In this document: positions 37,943 to 46,795 of the stretch, piece by piece
How positions within the stretch are numbered: position 1 is the stretch's first letter
Layout: every line of letters begins with the position of its first letter
Assembly: GCA_050916045.1 (NCBI GenBank)
Contig: CP051526.1
Span: 4,020,154 to 4,084,153 of the forward strand
Source: Tepidisphaera sp.
Lineage (GTDB): Bacteria; Planctomycetota; Phycisphaerae; Phycisphaerales; UBA1924
Length of the DNA stretch: 64,000 bases
Direction: 5' to 3'
Made by a program: the position numbers and the translations under genes
Notes under the pieces: model-generated
What the model was told of the DNA's origin: nothing
Database searches by the model: none
Seen by the model: only the letters and a program-made list of their open reading frames with translations

Positions 37943-38266
37943 ATGTCGAAACTCGAATCCCTCAAGCCCGGCCAGAAGATCGCCTGCACCATCACCAAGC
38001 TGCCCGAAGCGGCCGCGGACACGAAGACGCTCACCCGTCTCATGCGCCTCGACCCGGCGAACGCCAAGTCCCTCCGCCGCGCCCAGAACCTCCGCCGTCA
38101 GCGGATGGTCGTCTACAACCGCGGTAACCGCGACTGGGTCAGCCGCGAGTCCTGCGCCAAGGTCGTCCACATCGCCATCGGCGAGAACTGGACCATGACC
38201 TACCGCCTCGACCTCGTCAACGAGCTCCGCAACCTCGCCGATTTCATCACGATCAAGTCCGCTTGA
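37943..38266 (+). CDS. small basic hypothetical protein (107 aa)
   Basis: Strong GC3 codon bias; start could also be 37934. Confidence 0.75.
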   Translation: MSKLESLKPGQKIACTITKLPEAAADTKTLTRLMRLDPANAKSLRRAQNLRRQRMVVYNRGNRDWVSRESCAKVVHIAIGENWTMTYRLDLVNELRNLADFITIKSA

Positions 38267-38296
38267 TCGATCGGCTGACCGACTCGGCCCTTCGCC

Positions 38297-38776
38297 ATGC
38301 ATTCGAATCACCAGTTCGTTCAGGCCCGACGCCGCGCGTCGGGCTTTTTCACGCTTCCGCCCTTCCGAACCGCGGCGCGTCTGCTCCTGCTCGCCGCCAG
38401 CGTCCTAGCCGTCGCGCCCGCCCCACTCCTCCTCTCCGCGTGCGAGAAGAAAGCTCCCGCCGCGGAACCGGGCCCGACGCACACCGTCCGCGGCCGCGTG
38501 ATGAAGCTTCCCGTCGCCGGCGATCCTTCCTCGTCCTTCTCCCTCTTTCACGAGGAGATCGCGGACTGGCTTAGGCCAGATGGAACGCGCGGCATGGGCG
38601 CCATGGTGATGCCGTTCCCCTTGGCTTCGGGCGTCTCGGTGGACGACCTTCGCGTCGGAGACATCGTCGAGTTATCGGTGCGACAGTTCAAGACCGGTCC
38701 CCTTCCTTATGAAGCGACGTCGGTCCGAAAGCTCCCCGCGGACACCGCGCTCACGCTGCCCGATCGCGGAAGCTGA
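38297..38776 (+). CDS. CusF-like copper-binding OB-fold lipoprotein
   Basis: Lipobox LSAC; HTVRGRV, HEEI and GMGAMVMPF motifs. Confidence 0.8.
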   Translation: MHSNHQFVQARRRASGFFTLPPFRTAARLLLLAASVLAVAPAPLLLSACEKKAPAAEPGPTHTVRGRVMKLPVAGDPSSSFSLFHEEIADWLRPDGTRGMGAMVMPFPLASGVSVDDLRVGDIVELSVRQFKTGPLPYEATSVRKLPADTALTLPDRGS

Positions 38777-38848
38777 CACGCGTCCGCAGCCCGAGGCCCC
38801 TCCGAAAGAACCGGGCAAAAGCCCACAAAGACCCGCGGAAAACCACAC

Positions 38849-38892
38849 AAAAGAAAAAACCCGGCGCTCGAGGCAAAGCCTGAACACCGGGT
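38849..38892 (-). terminator. intrinsic terminator
   Basis: ACCCGGTGTTCAGGC-TTT-GCCTCGAGCGCCGGGT followed by TTTTTCTTTT; the G-U pairs form only on the minus strand. Confidence 0.85.
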
Positions 38893-39000
38893 CTCGTGGG
38901 GGTCTTGGTTGGAAGTTCTGATCGGTCGAGCAGAATCGCGTCGCAGACACCAGTCATTACGACGCTCATCTACGGGCGGTTTCAGTTCACGCTGATTTTT

Positions 39001-39987
39001 TTACGCCGGCTTTTTCCCGACAATCCCCAAACGGTCCATGACCATCTTGAGATCCGACCACACCTTGGCTCGGTTCTCGTCGGAATAGCTTCGGAGCAGG
39101 AACGCCGGGTGGTACGTCGGCATGAACGGAATCTTGACGCCGCGAGCGTCCTCGATCTCCCACCACCGGCCGCGCAAGCGGCTCATCGGCTCGCCGCCGC
39201 CGAGCAGCGCTCCGCAGGCGGACAAGCCAAGCCCCACCACCGCTTCGGGCCGCACGATCGAGAGTTGTTCGAGCAGGTACGGGCGACAGGCTTCCACCTC
39301 GTCGAGCGTCGGCGTGCGGTTGCCCGGCGGACGCGTCTTGAGCACGTTGCAGATGTAGACCTCCGCACGAGACAAGCCCATCGCGACGATCATCTTGTCG
39401 AGAAGCTGGCCGGACCGGCCCACGAACGGCTTGCCCTGGAGGTCCTCGTCCTCGCCGGGCGCTTCGCCGACGAAGCAAAGCCTGGCCGCCGGGTCACCAT
39501 CGCTCCACACGATGTTCGTAAACGTGGTGTCGAATCGGGCGTGAGGCGCATCGGCTTCGTAACGCGCCCGCAGTGCGGCGAGCGCGGCTTCGTTGGTCGC
39601 GCGATCCTTGTCGCCGAGCGGCCCGAGCGCTGCGCTGGCCGGCGTGCGGACGCTCGCCGCCGGAGGGCGAGGCGCGGGCGAAGGCGCTGCGATCGGCGCG
39701 ACGGGAACCGGAGCACGCGCCTCGGCGGCAACCGGCTTGCCCGACGCGAGCGCCGGACTGGCGGCCGGGCGGGGGGAGGGGTGCGGAGCCGAATGGGAAG
39801 CTGTGCGGGCGGCGGGGACCTCGACCACGGCAGGCGGCGGCTCGGAGGATTCGACAGCCTCGCCCAAAGCCACGGCCGACCCGTTTCGATACGAGGGCAC
39901 GAAATCCACGCCCATGAGCTGAGCCGTGCGAGCGTGCTGACGCACCAGTCGCGCAAGATCGGGACGGGCCGGTTCGGGAGTGTCCAT
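39001..39987 (-). CDS. uracil-DNA glycosylase family 4
   Basis: VGEAPG, PFVGRSG, NVLKTRPPGNR and TYHPAFLLR motifs. Confidence 0.95.
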   Translation of the reverse strand: MDTPEPARPDLARLVRQHARTAQLMGVDFVPSYRNGSAVALGEAVESSEPPPAVVEVPAARTASHSAPHPSPRPAASPALASGKPVAAEARAPVPVAPIAAPSPAPRPPAASVRTPASAALGPLGDKDRATNEAALAALRARYEADAPHARFDTTFTNIVWSDGDPAARLCFVGEAPGEDEDLQGKPFVGRSGQLLDKMIVAMGLSRAEVYICNVLKTRPPGNRTPTLDEVEACRPYLLEQLSIVRPEAVVGLGLSACGALLGGGEPMSRLRGRWWEIEDARGVKIPFMPTYHPAFLLRSYSDENRAKVWSDLKMVMDRLGIVGKKPA

Positions 39988-40048
39988 GACTCAGTGTATT
40001 GCCGGAACCGCGGCACTCACGGGGCCACCGGCGGCGCCCGACCACCGA

Positions 40049-41134
40049 TTAGTTGGCGGCTTCGATGTAGACGTCGATGGCCAGCCCGGGGTAGAGAGGG
40101 TGGTTGGCGGTCCCCTCGACCTCGAACACCACCTCGACCACGCGGGTGTCGACGCGCTCGACGTTGGCGCCGCTCAGCTGGCTTTTGGGCCGGGCGAAGG
40201 GCTCGATGCGAACGATGCGAAGCGGGAGGTCGATGACGCGGACGCCGCGCGTGCGGCCGAGGGCTTTGGAAGTTTCGCTGACTGCGGCGATGTCCTCCTC
40301 ATCCACCTGGGCCCGGACGTAGAGCTTGGAAAGGTCTCCGAGGACGATCTCGCCCGGGGTCGCGCCGGGGCCGACGATTTCGCCGGGCTCGACATCGCGT
40401 CGGAGGATGGTGCCATCGCGCGGAGCCCGGACGGTGTACCGCTCGAGTTCGAGCTCGATCGCTTCGACTTTGGCGAGTTGTTCGCGAAGCTCCGCTTCGG
40501 TGATGGCGAGGTCGGGCTTCCAGCCGCCGGCGCGGGCTTTGTCAAGATCGGCTTTGGCGCGAGCGAGGGAAGCGGACGCTTCGAGGAGGCGAGCTTTGGC
40601 GTCATCGAGCGCGAACCGCGCCGACTGAGCTTCGCGTTCGGACCGGGCGCCGTTCTTGACGGCTTCCTCGATCCGGCTGAGGTCGTCGTCGCGGCTTGCG
40701 ACGTCGACGCGAGCGGCGGCTTCGAGAGCGGCGGCGGACTCGACGGCGGACTCGAGCGGGGGAAGGTCCTCGGCCCGCGGAAGGGCTTTCCAGCGTTCGA
40801 TCGCGGCTTGTTTGACGGGCACGGCAGCGCGGAGTCGGACGAGCTCGGCCCGGGGAAGGCGGTCATCGACCGTGTAGAGGACGTCGCCCTTGGCGACCTT
40901 GTCACCGACCTTGACCTTGACCTCGGTGACGACGCCCGAGACCGCGGAAGCGATGGCGGACTCGCGCTCGGCGCATTCGACGACACCCAGGGAAGCCACG
41001 CCCTTGACGAAGGGATTGACGGAAGGCATCCGCTCGGGCTTGATGTCCGGTGGTGTCGGGAAAGTGGGCGTCAGAGCGACCATCGCCAGCCCGAACCCCG
41101 CGATCGCAAGCACCAAGGTGATCCAACGAACCAT
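40049..41134 (-). CDS. HlyD-family membrane fusion protein (DevB-like)
   Basis: Lipoyl-like hairpin, coiled coil, VRAPRDG and RVDTRVVEV motifs. Confidence 0.88.
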   Translation of the reverse strand: MVRWITLVLAIAGFGLAMVALTPTFPTPPDIKPERMPSVNPFVKGVASLGVVECAERESAIASAVSGVVTEVKVKVGDKVAKGDVLYTVDDRLPRAELVRLRAAVPVKQAAIERWKALPRAEDLPPLESAVESAAALEAAARVDVASRDDDLSRIEEAVKNGARSEREAQSARFALDDAKARLLEASASLARAKADLDKARAGGWKPDLAITEAELREQLAKVEAIELELERYTVRAPRDGTILRRDVEPGEIVGPGATPGEIVLGDLSKLYVRAQVDEEDIAAVSETSKALGRTRGVRVIDLPLRIVRIEPFARPKSQLSGANVERVDTRVVEVVFEVEGTANHPLYPGLAIDVYIEAAN

Positions 41135-41154
41135 CGAACGCTCCTTGCAACCGT

Positions 41155-42288
41155 TCAGGACGAGAAGACCCTCGCGGGCGAGACGGTGATGACCTTTCGC
41201 AGGCTCATCGCGCACGCGAGGAGAATGCAGACCAGCATCGCGACTCCGGACCCCGCGACAAGCTGCCACGGCAGGATGGAATCAAGCTCGGTCGTCGGCG
41301 AGTTCTGGATCAGGAGGCTGAAGATCGAGGTGACCCCGATCCCGATGCCGAACCCGATCACACCGGCGGTCATGGCTTGGACCAGCACCATGGACACAAG
41401 CCGCCAACTGCTTGCTCCCATGGCTTTCAGAACGGCGAAATGCTTGAGGTTCTCGATGGTGAACTGGTAGAAGATCGCGGCCGAGAGCGCCACGCCCACC
41501 GTGAACCCCAGGAAGATCGTGATGCCGAAGTTGATGCCGATGCCGGTCTCGCGAAGGACCCACTTGGTCGACCGCTGGACGAACTGCTTGCTCGTCAGGG
41601 CGACCATGTCGCCCAACGCGTCGATCCGCTTGGCGACGGCTCCCAGGTCTTCGTCCTTTTGGGCTTTGACGAGGATGAAGCTGATCCGCTCGCGCCCGGT
41701 GGGCGTGAAGGTCACGGCGTTGTCGAACGTCGTGTAGAGCACCGCGTTGCTTTCAAAGCCCTTTTTGGCTCTGCAGAACCCGACGATCACCGCACGCCGG
41801 TCGTTGAGCTTGAGCGTGTCGCCGATCTTGGGGTTGTTCAGCTTGACGCGGGCCGAATCCTCGATCATTACCGCGTCGGGATTGCGAAGATCATCAAGGG
41901 AACCCTCGAGCACCTCCGGCGGCCGCCCGATGAGGCTTGAGCGCGGAAGCCCGATGAGCTGGCACCGCTGGAAGCGGCCATCGGGCATCTCGATGTTCGC
42001 GAAGGAGTTGAAGAAGGGTTCGGCCCACTCGACGCCGGGCACGCTCCGCACGCGGTCCAGAGCCCGGTCCTCGAGCGGGCGATACTCCGCCGACCACGTC
42101 GTGCTCGGATCGATCACCCACAGATCCGGCTGCCCCACGTTCTGAAGCGGGCCCGTCGATCGCACCAAGAGCCCCAGAAAGAACGAGGCCTGCTGATTGA
42201 TCAGAAGGGTCGCGAACGCCAGCCCGAGGATCAGCGTGAGGTACTTCCCCGTGTCGCCAAAGAGCATTTTGAGCGCGATCAGAAGCAC
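41155..42288 (-). CDS. ABC transporter permease (DevC/FtsX-like)
   Basis: IALKMLFGD..KY and FAVLKAMGA motifs; four-TM FtsX-type layout. Confidence 0.9.
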   Translation of the reverse strand: MLLIALKMLFGDTGKYLTLILGLAFATLLINQQASFFLGLLVRSTGPLQNVGQPDLWVIDPSTTWSAEYRPLEDRALDRVRSVPGVEWAEPFFNSFANIEMPDGRFQRCQLIGLPRSSLIGRPPEVLEGSLDDLRNPDAVMIEDSARVKLNNPKIGDTLKLNDRRAVIVGFCRAKKGFESNAVLYTTFDNAVTFTPTGRERISFILVKAQKDEDLGAVAKRIDALGDMVALTSKQFVQRSTKWVLRETGIGINFGITIFLGFTVGVALSAAIFYQFTIENLKHFAVLKAMGASSWRLVSMVLVQAMTAGVIGFGIGIGVTSIFSLLIQNSPTTELDSILPWQLVAGSGVAMLVCILLACAMSLRKVITVSPARVFSS

Positions 42289-42304
42289 GCCCGATCCTAG
42301 GTTG

Positions 42305-43093
42305 TCAGCGCATCAGGTTGTACTTCAGAATGCACCAAAGCGCCGAGAATCCGTCGTGCCAGCGGATCTTCTTCCCCTCCGCGTACGTCCGCCCCGCGTA
42401 GCTCACCGCAGTCTCATAGATCCGAAGCGGACGCTTCGCTCCCGCCGCATCCGGCCCTTCGCTCACCCGCATGCCCGCGAGCTTGGCCACGATCTCGGGC
42501 TCGACCCCGAACCGGTCCTCCTCGATCGTGAGGCGCGCGGCCACCTCGCGCGTGAACGCTTTGAAACAACATTCGATGTCCGACAGATTTAGGTTCGTGC
42601 AGACGTTGGAGAAAAGCGTCAGACCCCGGTTCGCCACAAAGTGCCAGAAGTAAAGCACGCGGTGCGAAAGCCCCAGAAAGCGCGACCCGATCACCGCGTC
42701 CGCCCGGATCGCCTCATCGAGCATCGGGTCCAGCATGGCTTCGTGGTCGCGCGGGTCATACTCCAGGTCCGCGTCGTGGATGATGAACAGATCCGCCTGC
42801 TCGCCCGCCGGACCCCGCCACTCCAGCGCCGAAGCCAGCGCCGTCCGGATCGCCGCTCCCTTCCCCTGATTCCGCGGATGGTGCACCACCGTCACATCCG
42901 GACGCGCCGCAAGCCCGGTGAGCGCCGAGGGCGTCAGGTCCGTCGATCCGTCATCCACAATGAAAAGCCGGCGCTCGATCGGCGTGCCGTCCGCCGCCAT
43001 CGTGCGAGGCACGGCGTCAAGCCGCGCGATCGCCCGCTCGATCAGCCGTTCTTCGTTGTAGACAGGGATGAGGACCGCGAGAATCACGACCAA
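42305..43093 (-). CDS. glycosyltransferase family 2 (DPM1-like)
   Basis: IPVYNE, VDDGSTD, GKGAA, DADLEYDP and EGKKI.W.DG motifs. Confidence 0.93.
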   Translation of the reverse strand: MVVILAVLIPVYNEERLIERAIARLDAVPRTMAADGTPIERRLFIVDDGSTDLTPSALTGLAARPDVTVVHHPRNQGKGAAIRTALASALEWRGPAGEQADLFIIHDADLEYDPRDHEAMLDPMLDEAIRADAVIGSRFLGLSHRVLYFWHFVANRGLTLFSNVCTNLNLSDIECCFKAFTREVAARLTIEEDRFGVEPEIVAKLAGMRVSEGPDAAGAKRPLRIYETAVSYAGRTYAEGKKIRWHDGFSALWCILKYNLMR

Positions 43094-43144
43094 CCGTATT
43101 CGGGATCCCCCCGGCCCGATTCCACGGCCCGGGCCGGTCCTGGC

Positions 43145-44317
43145 TTACCCGAACAGGTCCGGCTCGCGCGTCAGGATCCGCTTCTGAGCGTTGGACAGGC
43201 CCAGGAGCGACAGGTCCCTCTCACGGACCCAACGCCGCTCGACCGCCGTGTGATTCGCCGGGACCTTCAGGGCCCGCTCGGCACCCCCGGCCCCCAGCGC
43301 CCCGCCGATCGCCGAGAACCGAACCTCCCGGTGCGTCGTCTGGTGGACGAACGCGAACGCGGACCCCGTCGTGATCCTGACCCCCTCAAGCCCGAGTTCG
43401 CTCAGAACCTCCCGGACCGCCATGCCGCACTCCGCATGCGGTCGCTCGAGGGTGGGCGCTTGCCAAAGGCCGGCCCACATCCCCGTCCCGGCCCGCCGCT
43501 CCACCAGGAGCAGCCCTCGAGGATCGCGCACCACCACCACCTCGCACCGCAGAATCGACCGTTTGGCCTGTTTCTTCGCAGCGGGAATCTCCTCCTGCTT
43601 GCCGATCCGACGGGCTTCGCAGACCTTGGACACGGGGCACGCTTCGCACCTCGGCGATCGAGGGGTGCACACCACGGCTCCAAGCTCCATCAAGCCTTCG
43701 TTGAAACCGGCGACACGGCCGCCGGCCGCCCGGGCGAGCTGCCCCGCTCGCTCCCAGCACCAGTCAGCACCCTCGGCCGCGGAAACCTCCCGCCCCTCGA
43801 GTCGAAGCAGAACGCGAGCGACGTTCCCATCCACGATCGGCTCGGGCTTGCCGAAAACGATCGACGAGACCGCGCCCGCCGTGTAACGACCAATGCCCGG
43901 CAAGCTCCGCAGGTCCGCCGCTTCCGCGGGAACCACGCCACCGAACCGCTCGACGATCTGCTGCGCCGCGGCAAAGAGCATCCGGGCCCGTCGGTAGTAC
44001 CCCATCCCCGACCACATCGCAAGCACAGCCTGTTCCCCGGCTTGCACCATCGAAAGCGGCGTTGGAAACCGCTCCATGAACGGCCCGAACCGCTCCAGAA
44101 CGCGGGAAACCTGCGTCTGCTGGAGCATCACCTCACTCACAAGCGATTTCCAAGCATCACGCCCGCCCCGGACAGTCTTCCGCCAGGGCAGGTCGCGAGC
44201 CTCGCGAGCAAACCAGTCCGCCAGGTCTCGCGCGAAAGCCGCGTCCCCCGCGACCCGAGCGACCACATCGCACGGGACCGAGCTCGGGCCAGCCGACTTC
44301 TTGCGGGTCTTCTTCAA
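43145..44317 (-). CDS. mutY: A/G-specific adenine glycosylase
   Basis: RDLPWR, SEVMLQQT, LPGIGRYTAGA and CTPRSPRCEACPV Fe-S motifs; TTG start overlaps the upstream stop. Confidence 0.94.
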   Translation of the reverse strand: MKKTRKKSAGPSSVPCDVVARVAGDAAFARDLADWFAREARDLPWRKTVRGGRDAWKSLVSEVMLQQTQVSRVLERFGPFMERFPTPLSMVQAGEQAVLAMWSGMGYYRRARMLFAAAQQIVERFGGVVPAEAADLRSLPGIGRYTAGAVSSIVFGKPEPIVDGNVARVLLRLEGREVSAAEGADWCWERAGQLARAAGGRVAGFNEGLMELGAVVCTPRSPRCEACPVSKVCEARRIGKQEEIPAAKKQAKRSILRCEVVVVRDPRGLLLVERRAGTGMWAGLWQAPTLERPHAECGMAVREVLSELGLEGVRITTGSAFAFVHQTTHREVRFSAIGGALGAGGAERALKVPANHTAVERRWVRERDLSLLGLSNAQKRILTREPDLFG

Positions 44318-44577
44318 CCCCCGGCCCCCTCGATCGCCTTGCGAATCTTGGGCTTGAGCGTGCCCCACGCGACCGCCGGATCCTTCCCGACAGTGATCCA
44401 GTCGCCGAGGATCAGAACATTGGTCACCCCCGGGACCTCAAAGAGCCGGCGAGCAAGATCGTCCCCCGCCGCCGCTTGGGCATGGAAGTAGGACCGCGCC
44501 CGATCCGAGATGCGAGCATCCAGGACGCACTTGACAGCGTTGGGATTGGGTGTTTCCGTGAACTCGACCACCTTCAT
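44314..44577 (-). CDS. NifU N-terminal (Nfu_N) domain protein
   Basis: ETPNPNAVKC and LF.VPGV..V.I..DWITV.K motifs. Confidence 0.85.
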   Translation of the reverse strand: MKVVEFTETPNPNAVKCVLDARISDRARSYFHAQAAAGDDLARRLFEVPGVTNVLILGDWITVGKDPAVAWGTLKPKIRKAIEGAGG

Positions 44578-44728
44578 GCCGCTCTCCCGCTCCACGATCT
44601 GCGTTCCGTTGGTCTTCGCTCTGGTATCCGCTTTGGGATTCGCCCCAACAACTTCGTTCGACCCCGCGCCCCCGACCAACCGATGAATAAACTCCTGAAC
44701 ACCCTTCCTCCCCGACGGAGCGTCTTCA

Positions 44729-45652
44729 TTGGATCATTGGACCCGGATCAGCGACCTGCTCACGCGGCTGACTTCCTACTCACCATGGGAAGTCGCGGTT
44801 GAGCTCATCCTGATCTGGATCGTCATCTGGGCCATCATCCGGTTCGTCCAGGGGACCGGCGCGGCGGGTGCCCTCAAGGGGCTCCTGGTGGTCCTTTTCG
44901 TCGTGACCATCGCCTCCCGGGTGGCTTCCGGCGATGAGCGGTTCGACCGCCTCTCCTACCTCGCCGACAAGTTCCTGGCCCTCGTCGCCGTCGGCCTGAT
45001 TGTCATCTTCCAGCCCGAACTCCGCCGGGCGCTGGTCCGCCTGGGCGAAGCTCCCTTCTTCCGCGGCACCCCTCCCGAGATCGCCTCCATGGTCGCGGAG
45101 ATCGCTTCCGCGTGCAAGTACCTTTCCAAAGCCAAGTTCGGCGGCCTCATCGTGATCGAGCGTCAGGTCGGCCTCACCGGTCTGGTCGAGGAAGGGACCA
45201 CCCTCAACGCCGACCTCAACGCCCAGCTCCTCAAGACTATTTTCTTCCCCGGGTCGGCCCTGCACGACCTGGCGGTCATCGTCAAGGGCAAGACGATCCG
45301 GGCCGCGGGGGTTCAGCTTCCCCTCGCCGACCCCGCCGACATGCCCGACCCGATGCTCGGCTCGCGTCACCGGGCGGCCCTGGGGTTGTCCAAGGAATGC
45401 GACGCGATCGCCGTTGTTGTCTCCGAGGAAACCGGCCGCATCCGCATCGCCGAGCGCGGCCGCCTCTCCGAGCCCATGACCTACGACCAGTTCCCCGATG
45501 AGCTCAAGTCTCGCCTGACCCGGGGCCCGGTCCCGATCGTGTCCATCGTGCCCGACCCGATGACGACCGCGTTCACGCCTTCCCAGGTCGACGATTTCAA
45601 CCGCACCAAGACCCTCGACGGCGAGAACCCCCAATCCCGCACCGCCTCCTGA
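44729..45652 (+). CDS. cdaA: diadenylate cyclase CdaA (DisA_N/DAC domain)
   Basis: Three TM segments, IFQPELRRAL, LHDLAV, GSRHRAALG and VSEETG motifs. Confidence 0.92.
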   Translation: MDHWTRISDLLTRLTSYSPWEVAVELILIWIVIWAIIRFVQGTGAAGALKGLLVVLFVVTIASRVASGDERFDRLSYLADKFLALVAVGLIVIFQPELRRALVRLGEAPFFRGTPPEIASMVAEIASACKYLSKAKFGGLIVIERQVGLTGLVEEGTTLNADLNAQLLKTIFFPGSALHDLAVIVKGKTIRAAGVQLPLADPADMPDPMLGSRHRAALGLSKECDAIAVVVSEETGRIRIAERGRLSEPMTYDQFPDELKSRLTRGPVPIVSIVPDPMTTAFTPSQVDDFNRTKTLDGENPQSRTAS

Positions 45653-45664
45653 CGAACAACAACC

Positions 45665-46756
45665 GTGCTCAGCCAGATCAAAACCTTCGCCCTCGTCACC
45701 GCCATCGCCCTGGTGGTTTGGCTCTTCGCCGAGTCCGAAAGCGTGCGGACGCGGGAGCTCACCCTCGTCATCGAGCTCCCCTCGGACCCCAGCTCAAGCC
45801 TCATCATCCAGCCGTTTGAACCGAGCGTCTGGCGCGAACGCGTGCAGGTCACGATCAACGGCTCCGCCGCGGCCCTCGCGGCTTTCCAGGCCGGTGCCTC
45901 CAAGCCGCTCAAGCTCACGCCCGACATGGACGGCATGCCCTCCTCCCCGGGCGAGGGGGATCTGGACTTCCGCCGCGTGCTCCGGCCCCTGCCGCTTTTC
46001 GCGGCTCGCGGCGTCACCATCACCCGTGCCGAGCCCGCATCTCTTCGCGTCTGGGTCGACCGGATCGTCAAACGCGAAGGGGTTCGCGTGGAAGCCGCCG
46101 GCTTGACCGTTGACCTTGAGGGCCCCGCGGTTGTCACTCCACGAACCGTCAACATCCTCGGGCCCGAATCCGTGCTGGCCCGCTTGCCCCAGGACGCCGC
46201 CGCTCTCGCCCGCCCCTCACAGGAAGACCTCTCCCGCCTCGTTCCCGGCCGGCCCGACAAGCTCCAGGGCGTCACCATCGAGGTGCCCCCCGAGATCGCC
46301 GGCATGGAACGCTTCGTCCGCCTTGATCCCCCCCGCGCCGACATCGAGCTGACCGTCGTTTCCAAGCGGTCCAGCGCGACCGTCGGAAGCGTTCCCGTGC
46401 AGGTCCTGCTCCCCATGCTCATCGCCCAGCAATGGGAGGTGACCAGCGAGCAGACCTTCTTCTCCGACGTTCAAGCATCCGGCCCGTCGGAACTCATCGA
46501 TCAGCTCCGCCGGAATGAGCTTCGCGTCTTCGCGATTGTCTCCCTCAGCGCCGATGAGCTTGAACGCGGCATCGCGGCCAAGGAAGCCGTCTTCACGACC
46601 CTTCCCTCTTCCGCGCTCACCTTCAAATCGGACAACCCGATCGTCAAGCTCAAGGTCACCCGCCGACCCGCTCCCAAAGCACCCAACGAAGCACCCGCCG
46701 CAGAGCCGATCCGCGACAAGCCCCGCGAGCCCGCAGAGCCGCCACCGGCCCGCTGA
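45665..46756 (+). CDS. YbbR/CdaR-like regulator
   Basis: N-terminal TM segment, P..V.I.GP beta repeats, position directly after cdaA. Confidence 0.7.
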   Translation: MLSQIKTFALVTAIALVVWLFAESESVRTRELTLVIELPSDPSSSLIIQPFEPSVWRERVQVTINGSAAALAAFQAGASKPLKLTPDMDGMPSSPGEGDLDFRRVLRPLPLFAARGVTITRAEPASLRVWVDRIVKREGVRVEAAGLTVDLEGPAVVTPRTVNILGPESVLARLPQDAAALARPSQEDLSRLVPGRPDKLQGVTIEVPPEIAGMERFVRLDPPRADIELTVVSKRSSATVGSVPVQVLLPMLIAQQWEVTSEQTFFSDVQASGPSELIDQLRRNELRVFAIVSLSADELERGIAAKEAVFTTLPSSALTFKSDNPIVKLKVTRRPAPKAPNEAPAAEPIRDKPREPAEPPPAR

Positions 46757-46795
46757 CAACGGATCACGAAGCGACCAAGTTCCTCTCGACGGCCC

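Noticed and set aside
38849..38950. 6S RNA
   Set aside because: Too short and lacks end-to-end rod pairing; the long helix is a U-tailed terminator.
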